Of a DNA stretch of 45,948 bases, positions 8,562-18,356 are shown piece after piece. The stretch is from the IMG/VR virus record IMGVR_UViG_3300018083_000013. The stretch is one strand, 5' to 3'. Under the pieces are notes generated by a model. That model ran no database searches and was not told the origin of the DNA. It saw only the letters and a list, made by a program, of their open reading frames with translations. Every line of letters begins with the position of its first letter. Positions within the stretch are counted from its first letter, which is position 1. Position numbers and translations under genes: made by a program. Source of the DNA: a virus.

Positions 8562-10325
8562 ATGCCACGAGTCCCGCAATACACGCCGCGCGAATCACTA
8601 GCCCCGCTGCCGAATGCGCGGCGGTCTGCCTCCGTCACCGCGGACGCGCTCGGCGCCGACACGAGCCGGGAGCAGGCGCGCACGCACGCGGTGGCCGCGG
8701 CCTCGCTCGGCCAGGTCACGGACGCCGCGCTCGGCATCTACGGCCGGCAGGAAGCCGAGCGCCGGCGCGCGAAGGACGAATGGGAAGACCGGGCGAACCG
8801 GGTCGCCATCACGCGCGCAGAGACGGCCCTAGGTGAATGGGAACTGACGGCCTCGCAGGAGGCGTTCGCGCTCAAGGGGCAGGCCGCGCTCGGGGTTCCC
8901 GAGCAGGTCATGTCCGGCTACCGCAAGCGCGCCGATGAGATTGCGAACGGCCTAAACCCAATCCAGAGGGAGCAGTTCGACCTCATCCGCGGGAAGCGTG
9001 CGCTGAACCTCCAGGGCAAACTGCACGAGCACGTCTACACCGAGATCAAGGCGTACGAGGCGAGCGAGTATCAGGCGTCCATCTCGAACGCGCTCAGTAG
9101 CGCCGCGCACTACGCGAAAGACCCTCGTCGCGCCGGGCTCGAGCTCGACCGTGCCGTGACCTCGACCACGGACTTGCTAAAGAGCCAGGGCGCAGGCTAC
9201 GAAGCGATCGACGCGGCCGTGCTAAAGACGCTGACGATTGGACACTCGGCCATCATCGATCAGTTGCTAAAGAGCGACCAGCCAGCGAAGGCGAAGGCGT
9301 GGTTCGACAAGGTGAAGGATCACGAGATCAGCGGTGACGCGCTCGACAACATCGAGCAGAAGATCGAGCAGGGCTCACGGCTGAAAGAATCGCAGACGGC
9401 CACGGACAAGATTCTCGCGGAAGGCGGCACGTACTCGCAGCAACTCGAGAAGGCCAAGGACATCGAGGACGCGGAAGTCCGCAAACTGGTCGAGGGCATG
9501 ATCGACCACGAACGCGGCCGGCGCGATGCGATCGAGCGCGACATACGCGAGACGAACCTTCAGACCGTCGTCAATGCGATCGACGCAAAGAGCGGTCCGC
9601 CGAGCATGGCGTCCCTGATGAAGATGCCGGAGTGGCACGGGCTCACAGTGGGCGAACGCTCCGGGATGCTCAACTACCTCCAGAACCGCGCGCAGGGCAT
9701 CCCGGTAAAGACGGATGTCAAGGAGTGGTACCGGCTGATGCGGATGGCCGCCGACGAGCCGGAGAAGTTCGCGAAAGAATCGCTCCTCGCCTACAAATCC
9801 AGGTTGGACGAGGGCGACTTCAAGTCGCTGGCGAGTATGCAAGTCTCGATCAGCGGCAAGGCGTCGACCGCGGCGAACCGTGACCTCTTCACGTTCCGGA
9901 CCGTCAATCAGATCATCGACAGTTCGCTCCGCACCTACGGCGTCAACGACGACGACAAGAAGGACAAAGAGGCGGTCAAGCACACCGCGGACCTGACGGC
10001 CAACGTCTCGAGGCTCACGGCACAGTGGGTGCAGGACTACCAGACCGGGCCGAATGGCGCGCAGCGCGACCGTCCGACAGACCTGGAGATTCAGGCGTTC
10101 GTGGACAAGCTCGTCGCGCCGTCGTTTGAGTACGTCGCGCGCACCGGTTGGTTTGGTGGCGAGACGAAGGCGCAGGGCCGACTCGGAGACCTGAAGATCG
10201 AGCACGTTCCCGCCGGAGCACGACAGGCCATCGTGGACGACCTCAAGGCGAAGGGGTTCCCGGGCACGGTCCCGGATGAGATCATCCTGCGCGCGTACGT
10301 CTTCCGCCGGGCGGCTGGTCGATGA
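8562..10325 (+). CDS. gp15-position internal virion/ejection protein (587 aa, helical)
   Basis: Long ORF with coding-like GC3. Called on synteny only. Confidence 0.6.
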   Translation: MPRVPQYTPRESLAPLPNARRSASVTADALGADTSREQARTHAVAAASLGQVTDAALGIYGRQEAERRRAKDEWEDRANRVAITRAETALGEWELTASQEAFALKGQAALGVPEQVMSGYRKRADEIANGLNPIQREQFDLIRGKRALNLQGKLHEHVYTEIKAYEASEYQASISNALSSAAHYAKDPRRAGLELDRAVTSTTDLLKSQGAGYEAIDAAVLKTLTIGHSAIIDQLLKSDQPAKAKAWFDKVKDHEISGDALDNIEQKIEQGSRLKESQTATDKILAEGGTYSQQLEKAKDIEDAEVRKLVEGMIDHERGRRDAIERDIRETNLQTVVNAIDAKSGPPSMASLMKMPEWHGLTVGERSGMLNYLQNRAQGIPVKTDVKEWYRLMRMAADEPEKFAKESLLAYKSRLDEGDFKSLASMQVSISGKASTAANRDLFTFRTVNQIIDSSLRTYGVNDDDKKDKEAVKHTADLTANVSRLTAQWVQDYQTGPNGAQRDRPTDLEIQAFVDKLVAPSFEYVARTGWFGGETKAQGRLGDLKIEHVPAGARQAIVDDLKAKGFPGTVPDEIILRAYVFRRAAGR

Positions 10326-13300
10326 GCTACCTCTACGACGAGGAGTTCGACCAGCAACTCGGCGCGCCGCCAGCAGCACCACAAAAGCGCGACCCGTACG
10401 ACTCGTTTCTCGACTCCGTGGTCGGCACCAAGCGCGCCGAGACACAGGCCGCAGTCAAGCAGGCACCGCCGCAGGATCCAAAGAAGGCCGCGGAGATTCT
10501 GAAGTGGGCGGAACTGACGGGTCTCTCGCCGGAACTCCTCGAGCGCAACTACGACCGCGCGAAAGCTGACCTCACGTTCACGCCGGAACACGCCGGCGCG
10601 CTGATGACGGATGCGCCAGGTCTCGCGTCCTGGCTGACGCGGCAGGACCGCGTGAAGGTCGGCGCCGTCAGGCCGGAACTCCCGCAGATGATCAGCCTCG
10701 AGAAGTCCTTGCGCCAAGGCGCGGGTGCGCTCGGGGCTGGTGTCGCGGACATCGGCGCGAACTTCTGGGGCACGGTGCGCGGGCTCGCGGAAGGGCTGGA
10801 CGTGCCGACGCGAGTGGACGAGATGATCCGCTCGGTCTTCAAGGGCACGCCATTCGCGGCGATGCCTCGCGGGGTTGGCTCCTTCGATCCGACACCGAGC
10901 ACGCTGTCACAGGTCGCAGACTTCGCACGCGCCAGTCAGTACGAAGGACAAGGACTCGCGGACCAGATTCAAGGCGATGTCTCCAAGGTCGGGCCGCTCG
11001 GCCAGGCGGTGCTCGGCGGCATCCGCTCGGCCGGGCAAGTCCTGCCCACGCTCGCGCTCGGACCGGAGGCGGTGCTTGGCGCGATGGGCGTTGGCACCTT
11101 CGGGCAGGCGTACGGCGCCGGCCGCGATGAAGGCGTGGGCGTCTATCGTTCCCTCGCGTACGCCGGCGGGCAGACGGCGATCGAGATTGCGACCGAGAAA
11201 CTGCCCGTCTCATGGATTTTCCGTGACCTGAAAGAAGGCACGCCGCTCATCAAGACGCTGCTGCACCAGATGGCGTCAGAGATTCCAGGCGAACAGGTCG
11301 CCACGCTCCTGCAAGACCTGAACGATTGGGCGACCCTGCCGTCGAACCAGACGAAGACCTTCCAGGACTACCTGAACGAACGGCCGAGCGCCGCGGTGGC
11401 GACTCTCATCAGCACCGTGACCACGGTCGGCCTGATGACCTCGAGCGCGCATATCGCCATGAAGACGCTGGAGCAGGGCGGTAAAGACCTCGAGAAGTCC
11501 GAGACCGTCAAGAACCTGCCCGAAGTCGCCGTCGAGGTACTGCGCGAGGCGACGAAGGGCACGCCGCTCGAGGATGTCCACGTTGACCTGAAGACGTTCA
11601 CGGAGTTCTTCCAGTCGAAGGGCATTGACCCGGCCACGATGGCGGCGCAGATCACGGGCGATGCCACGGCCTACGCGGACGCCATCCAGACCGGCGAGGC
11701 GCTGAAGCTGCCGACCGCCGGCGTGCTCGTGCACATCGCGTCGAAGCCGGAGTTCTCGGAGTTCCTGAAGGATGTTCGCCGTGCGCCGGAGGCGATGACC
11801 TCGAGGGAAGAAGAGTCGCTGGCGAAGGAGCTCGCGTCGGTCGAGACCGCGCCAGAGGCCGACGCGACGGCACCGGTCGCCCGTCCAATCTTCGACCACG
11901 CGCAGGCGCAGTTCGTCGAAGGCGGCAAGGTCACGCCACAGGTCGCGCAGCACTACGCGGCGCTGATGGAAGCGGCGTTCACGCAACTCGCGGCCCCGCT
12001 CGGCATGAACCCGGCGGCGCTGTATCAGCGGTACGGGTTGACCGTCACCAGGGAAGTCGCGGGACGGCTCGGCCAGGCCCGCGCGCACGGACTGCTCCCG
12101 GCCGAGGGTGTGACCTCCCCTGTCACGGCCACGCCGCCGGCCGACCAGGAGTCACGGCTCCAGCGCCTCGCGGCCATCGCCAAGAACGCCCTCCGAGGCG
12201 CACGCCGGCTGGTGGGATTGCAGAATCCGGCCGCTGGTGCGACCATATCCGCTGATGGTTCCGAAGGCGCTCCCGGTGCTGGAACAGGGTCGGACGTACG
12301 CGGTGATCGTCCGCAATCTGTCGCGGCTCCTGGACGCGGGGCTGACGCTGAAGGAAGCGGCACCGATCCTCAAGTCGAAGTCCGGCCTGACGAGGCTCTA
12401 CCCGCTGCCTTCCTTGACGACTTCACCGGGATCCTCGCCGGCGCTCGCGCCCTAGGCTACACCGGCACCGACGCGGCGCTCGCCGCGCAATATGCTGACG
12501 CGATCGACTACGCGCGTGGGGTCATTCGTGATTCCGCGGCTGACGACGGCACGACGGCGCGCGACCTCCTCAAAGAGATTTCCTCGCTCGGCGGATTCGG
12601 TCTCAGCGAAGAAGGCGAGACCGGCTATCGCGGCGAGCTCACGCACCTCCTCGAGAACATCACCAAAGACACGTCGCGCCGGTCGGTGATTCGCCGCGGC
12701 AAGCGCGCGGGCCAACTGATGCCGCGCGCGGTGCAGCAGTCCGGTGGCCTGCCTGGCATTCCGCACCTGGTCGTCCGCAACGGCGGCATGACCGCCGACG
12801 ACATCCTGACGCACATCAACGCGGAAGGCTCGCCGTGGGCGGGCCAGTTCGATTCCCTCTCGGACTTCATGGAGGCGGTGGGTCAGGCGATTGCGACCGA
12901 GACCGGAATGCGAGACGAACCGCAGTCGCGCGGGCTCACAGTGCGCGGCACGCTGTCGGACCTGATGGACGTGAAGCCGGACAGCGCGTGGTGGCGCGAC
13001 ACCGCGCAGGACGACGTGGAAGACGGCGACGAGGATCCTGCGGCCCGCGACGATATGAACGCGACCGTGGCCGGTGCGACGTTGCGGCGTACCGGCAACA
13101 TGATGTGGAAGTACCTGGACGGGCAGAAAGAGGCGCCGGACAACGGCGCCGAGCGCGCCCAGATCCGGGAGGTCTTCCAGGGGATCCTCGAGCGGCTGCA
13201 GGCGGGTGGCTATCCGGACCTGACGATGTCCGATTTGCAGGCGTTGCTCTGGTATCCAGAGCGCCGGCTGTATGACATGGGAACATCTGTCAAGGACGTT

Positions 13301-16300
13301 GCGTCAGGGTATACTGATGACGAGGCACCTGACTATGCCAACGCCGCAGTCGCCCTCGCAGAAGCCGCAGGAATCGACCCAGGATCCATCCAATCAGCGC
13401 GAGCCCGAGTTACTGCCAGAATCAGCGCAGCAGGAGCAGGAAGAAGTGCTTCTGGATCGGCAACTGGAACGTCAGGCCAAGGCCAGCAAGACGCCGTAGC
13501 TCCGGCCGACTCCTACCAGCAAGTCTTCCGCCAGACGGCCCGCGCGTCTCTGCGCCTCTCGGACGATCAGATCACGCGGACGATGGTGCTGTTTCAGGAC
13601 GCGGACCTGTCGAGCGTCCTGCACGAATCGGCGCATCTGTTTCTCGACGTGTTCGCGGACATCGCGAATGAACTGATCCAAGTCGAGAACCAGACGCCGG
13701 AGCAGACGCGACAACTCTCGGACTTTCTTGAGCTCATCCGCTGGACCGGCTTCGAAGGTTCACTCGCGGAGTGGCGCGCCCTCGACACGAACGGCAAGCG
13801 GCCGTTCCACGAGAAGTTCGCGGAGGCGTTCGAATCGTATCTGCGCGACGGCAAAGCACCGAGCCCTGAACTCCGCGGCGCGTTCGCGCGGTTCCGGTCG
13901 TGGCTCCTCGCGCTCGCGAAACATCTCCGCACGACGGTGCAGTTCTCGCCGGACGTGCGGAAGGTGGTCGACCGAATGCTCGCGACGGATGCGGCTATTG
14001 AGCAGGCGGCGAATGAAGCGAACCTCGCGCCGATGTTCCTGACGCCGGAAGCGGCCGGCATGACACCGGATCGGTTCGCGCTCTACCGCGAGGCGATTGT
14101 CCGGGCGTCCGACAAAGCCCGCGAGACGCTGGAAACGCGACTCCTCGAGGACGTGCGCCGGGAGCAGACGGCCGAGTACCGCGCGCGGAAGACGGAGATT
14201 CGCGGCCAGGTCGCGGCCGAGGTCTACGCCGAGCCGGTCTATCAGGCGATCAGCGCGATGCGGAAAGGCACGACGCCGGACGGCCGGTCGCTCATCGAGG
14301 GCGAAGACGCCGTGCCGATGAAGCTCGACCGGTCCAGGCTCATCGAAGTCTACGGGCCGGACCGCGTGGCGCAACTGCCGAAAGGCATCGCGACGAATGA
14401 CGGCGGTTTGCTGGCAACCGAGATCGCGGACCTCTTTGGCTACGACTCCGGCGATGCGCTCCTGACGGCGCTCGCGCAGGCCGAGCCGATGCGACAGAAG
14501 ATCGACCGGCAGACCGAAGCGCGGATGCTGGCCGAGCACGGCTCCATGCTCCTCGACGGCACGCTCCACGAGCAGGCCAGAGCGGCGATCGTGAACGACG
14601 AGGCCGAGCAAGTGGTCCGCGAAGAACTGCGCGCCCTGCACCGGCTGCAGAAGGCGACGAAGCCCTTCGTCGCGGCCGAGGCCGCGGCACAGCAGAAAGA
14701 ACGCGACTACGAGCGCCGCTGGTTCGACGCCGAGGCCAAACTGCGCGAGGCCATGATCAAGGGCAAGGCGCAAGCGGAGATCGACGCGATTCGGCAGGAA
14801 GTCTCCGAGCTCAAGCGGAAGGCGCGTGGTGGCGCGGAAACGATTCGCGGCGCCGAGCCGTCCGTGGGATTCTTCGACGCGCTCGCGGATACCAGACTGG
14901 CGCGGACCCGCGTCAACGAACTGGCCCCGCAGAAGTTCTGGGTCGCGGCCCGGCAGGCGTCGAAGGACGCGACCGAAGCGGCGGCGCGGCAGGAACTCGA
15001 TCGCGCGGTCGCGGCCAAGCAGCGGGAACTCCTGAACCTAGCGCTGTTCCGGAAGTCGATGGAACTGCAGGACGAAGTCCGCACGCGGGCGAAGTTCGCG
15101 CGCGACCTGGCGAAGACGAAGAAGCAGGCGCAGCTTGGCCTCGCCGGCGAGGTGTTCCAGGACGGCGTGAACCAAGTCCTGGCGCGGTTCTCGTTCGCCT
15201 ACATGACGAAGCAGCAACTGGCGTCCCGGATGGCGTACCTCGAGGTCTTCGCGGACCGGGATCTGCCCACGGCGCTCCAGACGCCGCCCACGCCCTACCA
15301 GTCCCTGATGACCGAAGAGTTCATGGGCATCACGGACGGGCTGAGACAGATCGTCCACCTCGCGAGTCAGGAAAACCAATTCATCGCGGCGAGCAACAAA
15401 GGCACGCTCACCGACAAAGCCGCCGAAGGCGCGGCGTCGATTCTCAAGCACACCAAGAGCGGCCCGCCGCAAATCGAGAACACGCGCGACGACGAGAAGA
15501 AACGATTCTGGGGCGGCTTCCTCGCGCGGCACACGAAGATCAGCGAGTTCGCGCACGAGCTCGACGGGTTCGTGACCGGCGGATGGGTGTGGGAGCATGT
15601 CGTCCGTCCGTTCAACGAGCGGCAGTCGTGGGAAGACCATCGCAAGGCGAAGGAAGCCACGGCCTACCTCGACCTTCTCAAGCGGTTCTACACGCTCAGT
15701 GAGATCGCGCGGTTCAACGAGAAGACGGAAGTCCGCGGCGTGGGGAGTCTGACGAAGGAAGCGCGGATCGTCATCGCGCGGAATTGGGGCAACCAGGACG
15801 GCCGCGATCGGCTCCTCAATGACCCGGTGCTGAAGGCGCACGGCTGGACGCCGGCGCACTTTCAGGCGGTGCTCGACTCGCTCGACGGCCGCGACTGGCA
15901 GGCGGTGCAGGCGACGTGGGACTTCCTTGATTCGTTCTGGCCGGAGATTGAGGCGAAGCAGTTCCGGGTCACGGGCCTGAAGCCGAAGAAGGTGCAGGCG
16001 GTCTCGGTGGACACGCGCTTCGGCATCTTCAAGGGCGGCTACTACCCGCTCGCGTACGACAGTAGCAAGGCGCCATCGGACCAGCAGAAGAAGCTGGCGG
16101 AAGAAGCCACGCTGCGCGCGAAGGGCGGCTACGTCTCCACGACGACCGGCCGCGGCCACACCAAGGCGCGCATGGCGCATGTGCAGCTCCCGGTGCTGCT
16201 CGAGGACGTGGTCGGCCGGCACGTTGACCAGGTTGTTCACGACCTCGCGTTCCATGAAACGCTGATCGATGTCAACCGGCTCATCGGACACAAAGACATC

Positions 16301-17506
16301 CAGCAGGCCATCCTCGCGACGAAGGGCGACAAGGCGTACCGGCAGTTCACGCTGACGATCGAGGACATCGCGGTCGGCTACATGAACGTCGAGGGCGAGG
16401 AGCACCGGATCGCGTCGTTTATGAAGACCGGCGCGCAGATTGCCGGCATGGGCTACAACGCCTGGACGGCCGCGCAACAGATCACCGGCAACTCCAACAC
16501 GATCGCGCTGTTCGGCGCCGGGAACTACACGCGCGGCCTGAAGAGTATGCTCGCGCATCCGGACGGGTTCGTGAAGCGGATGCAGTGGGCGGTCGAGAGC
16601 TCACCGCTCCTGAAGACGCGCGCGACGAACATCAACCAGGACACCGCGGACCTCCACCGCACGCTCCGGAAGCACGGCTCGTGGTTCGAAAAGATGCTCC
16701 TGTCTGCGACCGGCGACCGGCTGACGCAGGACATGATCGCGAACTCGTTCTTCTGGCATATCGGCATGGCGCAGTTGTCGGCCGATTTTCCCGCGTGGTT
16801 CACCGGCTACGAGATGGCGATGGCGGATCCGGCGAATCGCGGCGACGAACAGCGCGCGTTCGCCATCGCAGACCAGGCCGTGAAGGACGCGCAGGGCACC
16901 GGCTCCATTCACGACCTCGCGGCCGTGCAGCGCGGCGGGCCGGTCATGCGGCTGTTCCTCGTGTTCTACAGCTACGGGAACCTCCTCTTCAACCAGACGC
17001 GGCGCATCACCGGCCGCACGGACCCGCGCAGCGCGACTCAGATTGCGAAGATGCTCCGCGACCTGTCGCTGGTCTACATCATCCCGTCGCTCTACACGAC
17101 GGCGCTCGCGGTCGCCATCGGGAAACTCAAGCCGGACGATTGGGAGGAGTTCTTCCTCGAGGTCGCGAAGAACAGCGTCTCGACGGCGATGAACACGATG
17201 GCGTGGGTGCGCGAAGGCGGCGCGGCCATCTCGGCGGGACTGTTTGGCGACGTGGGCGACGTGCGCGGCTACGAAGGCCCGGCCGGCACGCGGATGTTCT
17301 CGCTCCTCACGCGCGCGATCGTGCAGGTCAAGCAGGGCGAAATGGACGAGGCGGCGATCAAGGCGGTCGCGAACTTCGTCGGCACGATCCTGCATGTCCC
17401 GGCGGTCCAGATTGAACGCTCGGCGCGCGGTGTCGCGGCGATGCTCGAGGAGCAGTCGGCCAATCCGACCCCGCTGATTTTCGGACCGCCGAAGAAGGAG
17501 AACTGA
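10322..17506 (+). CDS. Giant (2394 aa) gp16-position internal virion/ejection protein, polyvalent-type
   Basis: Uninterrupted 7.2-kb ORF with an ATGA overlap upstream. HESAH (HExxH) at aa 1101-1105 (nt 13622-13636). Low-complexity Gly/Ala/Pro linker at about nt 12150-12450. Hydrophobic helices near the C-terminus (FFWHIGMAQLSADFPAWF, MRLFLVFYSYGNLLF, LSLVYIIPSLYTTALAVAIG). Confidence 0.7.
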   Translation: MSYLYDEEFDQQLGAPPAAPQKRDPYDSFLDSVVGTKRAETQAAVKQAPPQDPKKAAEILKWAELTGLSPELLERNYDRAKADLTFTPEHAGALMTDAPGLASWLTRQDRVKVGAVRPELPQMISLEKSLRQGAGALGAGVADIGANFWGTVRGLAEGLDVPTRVDEMIRSVFKGTPFAAMPRGVGSFDPTPSTLSQVADFARASQYEGQGLADQIQGDVSKVGPLGQAVLGGIRSAGQVLPTLALGPEAVLGAMGVGTFGQAYGAGRDEGVGVYRSLAYAGGQTAIEIATEKLPVSWIFRDLKEGTPLIKTLLHQMASEIPGEQVATLLQDLNDWATLPSNQTKTFQDYLNERPSAAVATLISTVTTVGLMTSSAHIAMKTLEQGGKDLEKSETVKNLPEVAVEVLREATKGTPLEDVHVDLKTFTEFFQSKGIDPATMAAQITGDATAYADAIQTGEALKLPTAGVLVHIASKPEFSEFLKDVRRAPEAMTSREEESLAKELASVETAPEADATAPVARPIFDHAQAQFVEGGKVTPQVAQHYAALMEAAFTQLAAPLGMNPAALYQRYGLTVTREVAGRLGQARAHGLLPAEGVTSPVTATPPADQESRLQRLAAIAKNALRGARRLVGLQNPAAGATISADGSEGAPGAGTGSDVRGDRPQSVAAPGRGADAEGSGTDPQVEVRPDEALPAAFLDDFTGILAGARALGYTGTDAALAAQYADAIDYARGVIRDSAADDGTTARDLLKEISSLGGFGLSEEGETGYRGELTHLLENITKDTSRRSVIRRGKRAGQLMPRAVQQSGGLPGIPHLVVRNGGMTADDILTHINAEGSPWAGQFDSLSDFMEAVGQAIATETGMRDEPQSRGLTVRGTLSDLMDVKPDSAWWRDTAQDDVEDGDEDPAARDDMNATVAGATLRRTGNMMWKYLDGQKEAPDNGAERAQIREVFQGILERLQAGGYPDLTMSDLQALLWYPERRLYDMGTSVKDVASGYTDDEAPDYANAAVALAEAAGIDPGSIQSARARVTARISAAGAGRSASGSATGTSGQGQQDAVAPADSYQQVFRQTARASLRLSDDQITRTMVLFQDADLSSVLHESAHLFLDVFADIANELIQVENQTPEQTRQLSDFLELIRWTGFEGSLAEWRALDTNGKRPFHEKFAEAFESYLRDGKAPSPELRGAFARFRSWLLALAKHLRTTVQFSPDVRKVVDRMLATDAAIEQAANEANLAPMFLTPEAAGMTPDRFALYREAIVRASDKARETLETRLLEDVRREQTAEYRARKTEIRGQVAAEVYAEPVYQAISAMRKGTTPDGRSLIEGEDAVPMKLDRSRLIEVYGPDRVAQLPKGIATNDGGLLATEIADLFGYDSGDALLTALAQAEPMRQKIDRQTEARMLAEHGSMLLDGTLHEQARAAIVNDEAEQVVREELRALHRLQKATKPFVAAEAAAQQKERDYERRWFDAEAKLREAMIKGKAQAEIDAIRQEVSELKRKARGGAETIRGAEPSVGFFDALADTRLARTRVNELAPQKFWVAARQASKDATEAAARQELDRAVAAKQRELLNLALFRKSMELQDEVRTRAKFARDLAKTKKQAQLGLAGEVFQDGVNQVLARFSFAYMTKQQLASRMAYLEVFADRDLPTALQTPPTPYQSLMTEEFMGITDGLRQIVHLASQENQFIAASNKGTLTDKAAEGAASILKHTKSGPPQIENTRDDEKKRFWGGFLARHTKISEFAHELDGFVTGGWVWEHVVRPFNERQSWEDHRKAKEATAYLDLLKRFYTLSEIARFNEKTEVRGVGSLTKEARIVIARNWGNQDGRDRLLNDPVLKAHGWTPAHFQAVLDSLDGRDWQAVQATWDFLDSFWPEIEAKQFRVTGLKPKKVQAVSVDTRFGIFKGGYYPLAYDSSKAPSDQQKKLAEEATLRAKGGYVSTTTGRGHTKARMAHVQLPVLLEDVVGRHVDQVVHDLAFHETLIDVNRLIGHKDIQQAILATKGDKAYRQFTLTIEDIAVGYMNVEGEEHRIASFMKTGAQIAGMGYNAWTAAQQITGNSNTIALFGAGNYTRGLKSMLAHPDGFVKRMQWAVESSPLLKTRATNINQDTADLHRTLRKHGSWFEKMLLSATGDRLTQDMIANSFFWHIGMAQLSADFPAWFTGYEMAMADPANRGDEQRAFAIADQAVKDAQGTGSIHDLAAVQRGGPVMRLFLVFYSYGNLLFNQTRRITGRTDPRSATQIAKMLRDLSLVYIIPSLYTTALAVAIGKLKPDDWEEFFLEVAKNSVSTAMNTMAWVREGGAAISAGLFGDVGDVRGYEGPAGTRMFSLLTRAIVQVKQGEMDEAAIKAVANFVGTILHVPAVQIERSARGVAAMLEEQSANPTPLIFGPPKKEN

Positions 17507-17853
17507 TGGCCGGGCGCAATCGCATTGTCGGCGGGCGACGGTTCGCGACGTTGGGGCACGCGCGGCGCGGGAAGGCCGCGTTCGTGAACCTCGCGCCGGC
17601 GGATGGCGCGGACGGTGTCGATGGTGATGATGGGTCGAACGGGTCTGACGGTGCGCCTGGCGCGGACGGCGCGGACGGGACACAGGTCATCGTCGCCGTC
17701 GCCGCGGGATTCGATCCGGACGACTACCCGGCTGGCACCGTGGCGTTCTTTGTGGACGACCTCGCAGAGCCGACCGCGGTGCAGTTCGGCGGCAAGAAGG
17801 GCGACGGAGACGGCGGCGGATTCCCTGAACCGTTGCCACTCGAATCAGCCTGA
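17506..17853 (+). CDS. Small collagen-like repeat protein (fibre-associated candidate)
   Basis: Nine consecutive X-Y-Gly triplets (ADGADGVDGDDGSNGSDGAPGADGADG), nt about 17599-17679. Confidence 0.6.
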   Translation: MAGRNRIVGGRRFATLGHARRGKAAFVNLAPADGADGVDGDDGSNGSDGAPGADGADGTQVIVAVAAGFDPDDYPAGTVAFFVDDLAEPTAVQFGGKKGDGDGGGFPEPLPLESA

Positions 17854-17867
17854 AAGTTGACGCGATT

Positions 17868-17877
17868 TGTAACACAT
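17868..17877 (+). promoter_or_regulatory. TGTAACACAT motif, copy 1
   Basis: Exact 10-mer in the intergenic gap upstream of the gene at 17910. TTGACG lies 5 bp upstream of it and a small hairpin (gcacg gtaaa cgtgc) follows. Confidence 0.3.
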
Positions 17878-17909
17878 CGCACGGTAAACGTGCCGGAGGA
17901 CAGAGAGTT

Positions 17910-18356
17910 ATGACACGACGATTCATTCTGCTCATCGCGCTTCTCGCAGGACTCGCCCTGCCGGCCGCAGCAAGCGCGCCGATGGTGGGCACGGTGACGT
18001 TCACCTGCCCCGGCACCTCCAAACAGGGCGGCGTCTGGAAATGTACGTGGGCGTGGACATCGGACGCCAGCGGCAACGTCTCCGGGAACACGAAGCAGTT
18101 GCCGTACGGCTACGTGATTCGCGTCGAGACGGACCCGGGCTCGACGGCCCCCACGGATAACTACGACGTGACGCTCCTCGACACGGGCGGCATTGACATC
18201 ATTCAAGGGGTCGGGGCTGACCGCGATACGGCCAACACCGAGACGACGAACTTCTCTTCCCCGCTCTGGCATGACGGATCACGGGTGGTCGACCTGACGA
18301 TCGCGAACGCGGGCAACGCCAAGGTCGGCGTGCTGACGCTGTGGATTCGCCAGTGA
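17910..18356 (+). CDS. Hypothetical protein with Sec-type signal peptide
   Basis: RBS ggagga. N-terminus MTRRFILLIALLAGLALPAAASA/P is a classic n-h-c signal with an AxA site. Confidence 0.65.
   Translation: MTRRFILLIALLAGLALPAAASAPMVGTVTFTCPGTSKQGGVWKCTWAWTSDASGNVSGNTKQLPYGYVIRVETDPGSTAPTDNYDVTLLDTGGIDIIQGVGADRDTANTETTNFSSPLWHDGSRVVDLTIANAGNAKVGVLTLWIRQ

Noticed and set aside
15038-16558. Long antisense ORFs (for example 15038..16558, 39090..40367, 43425..44414, 13760..14773, 6086..7270 and 695..1780 on the minus strand) and many alternative-frame + ORFs
   Set aside because: They are Arg/Pro/Ala-rich translations typical of non-coding frames in GC-rich DNA. They lie fully inside + strand genes that carry recognisable motifs, synteny and start/stop coupling.
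10322-17506. Virion RNA polymerase or lytic transglycosylase domain in the giant protein
   Set aside because: No DxDGD, T7-RNAP-like or transglycosylase (E-S...GLMQ) motifs were seen by eye. Only the HExxH motif and hydrophobic helices are supportable.
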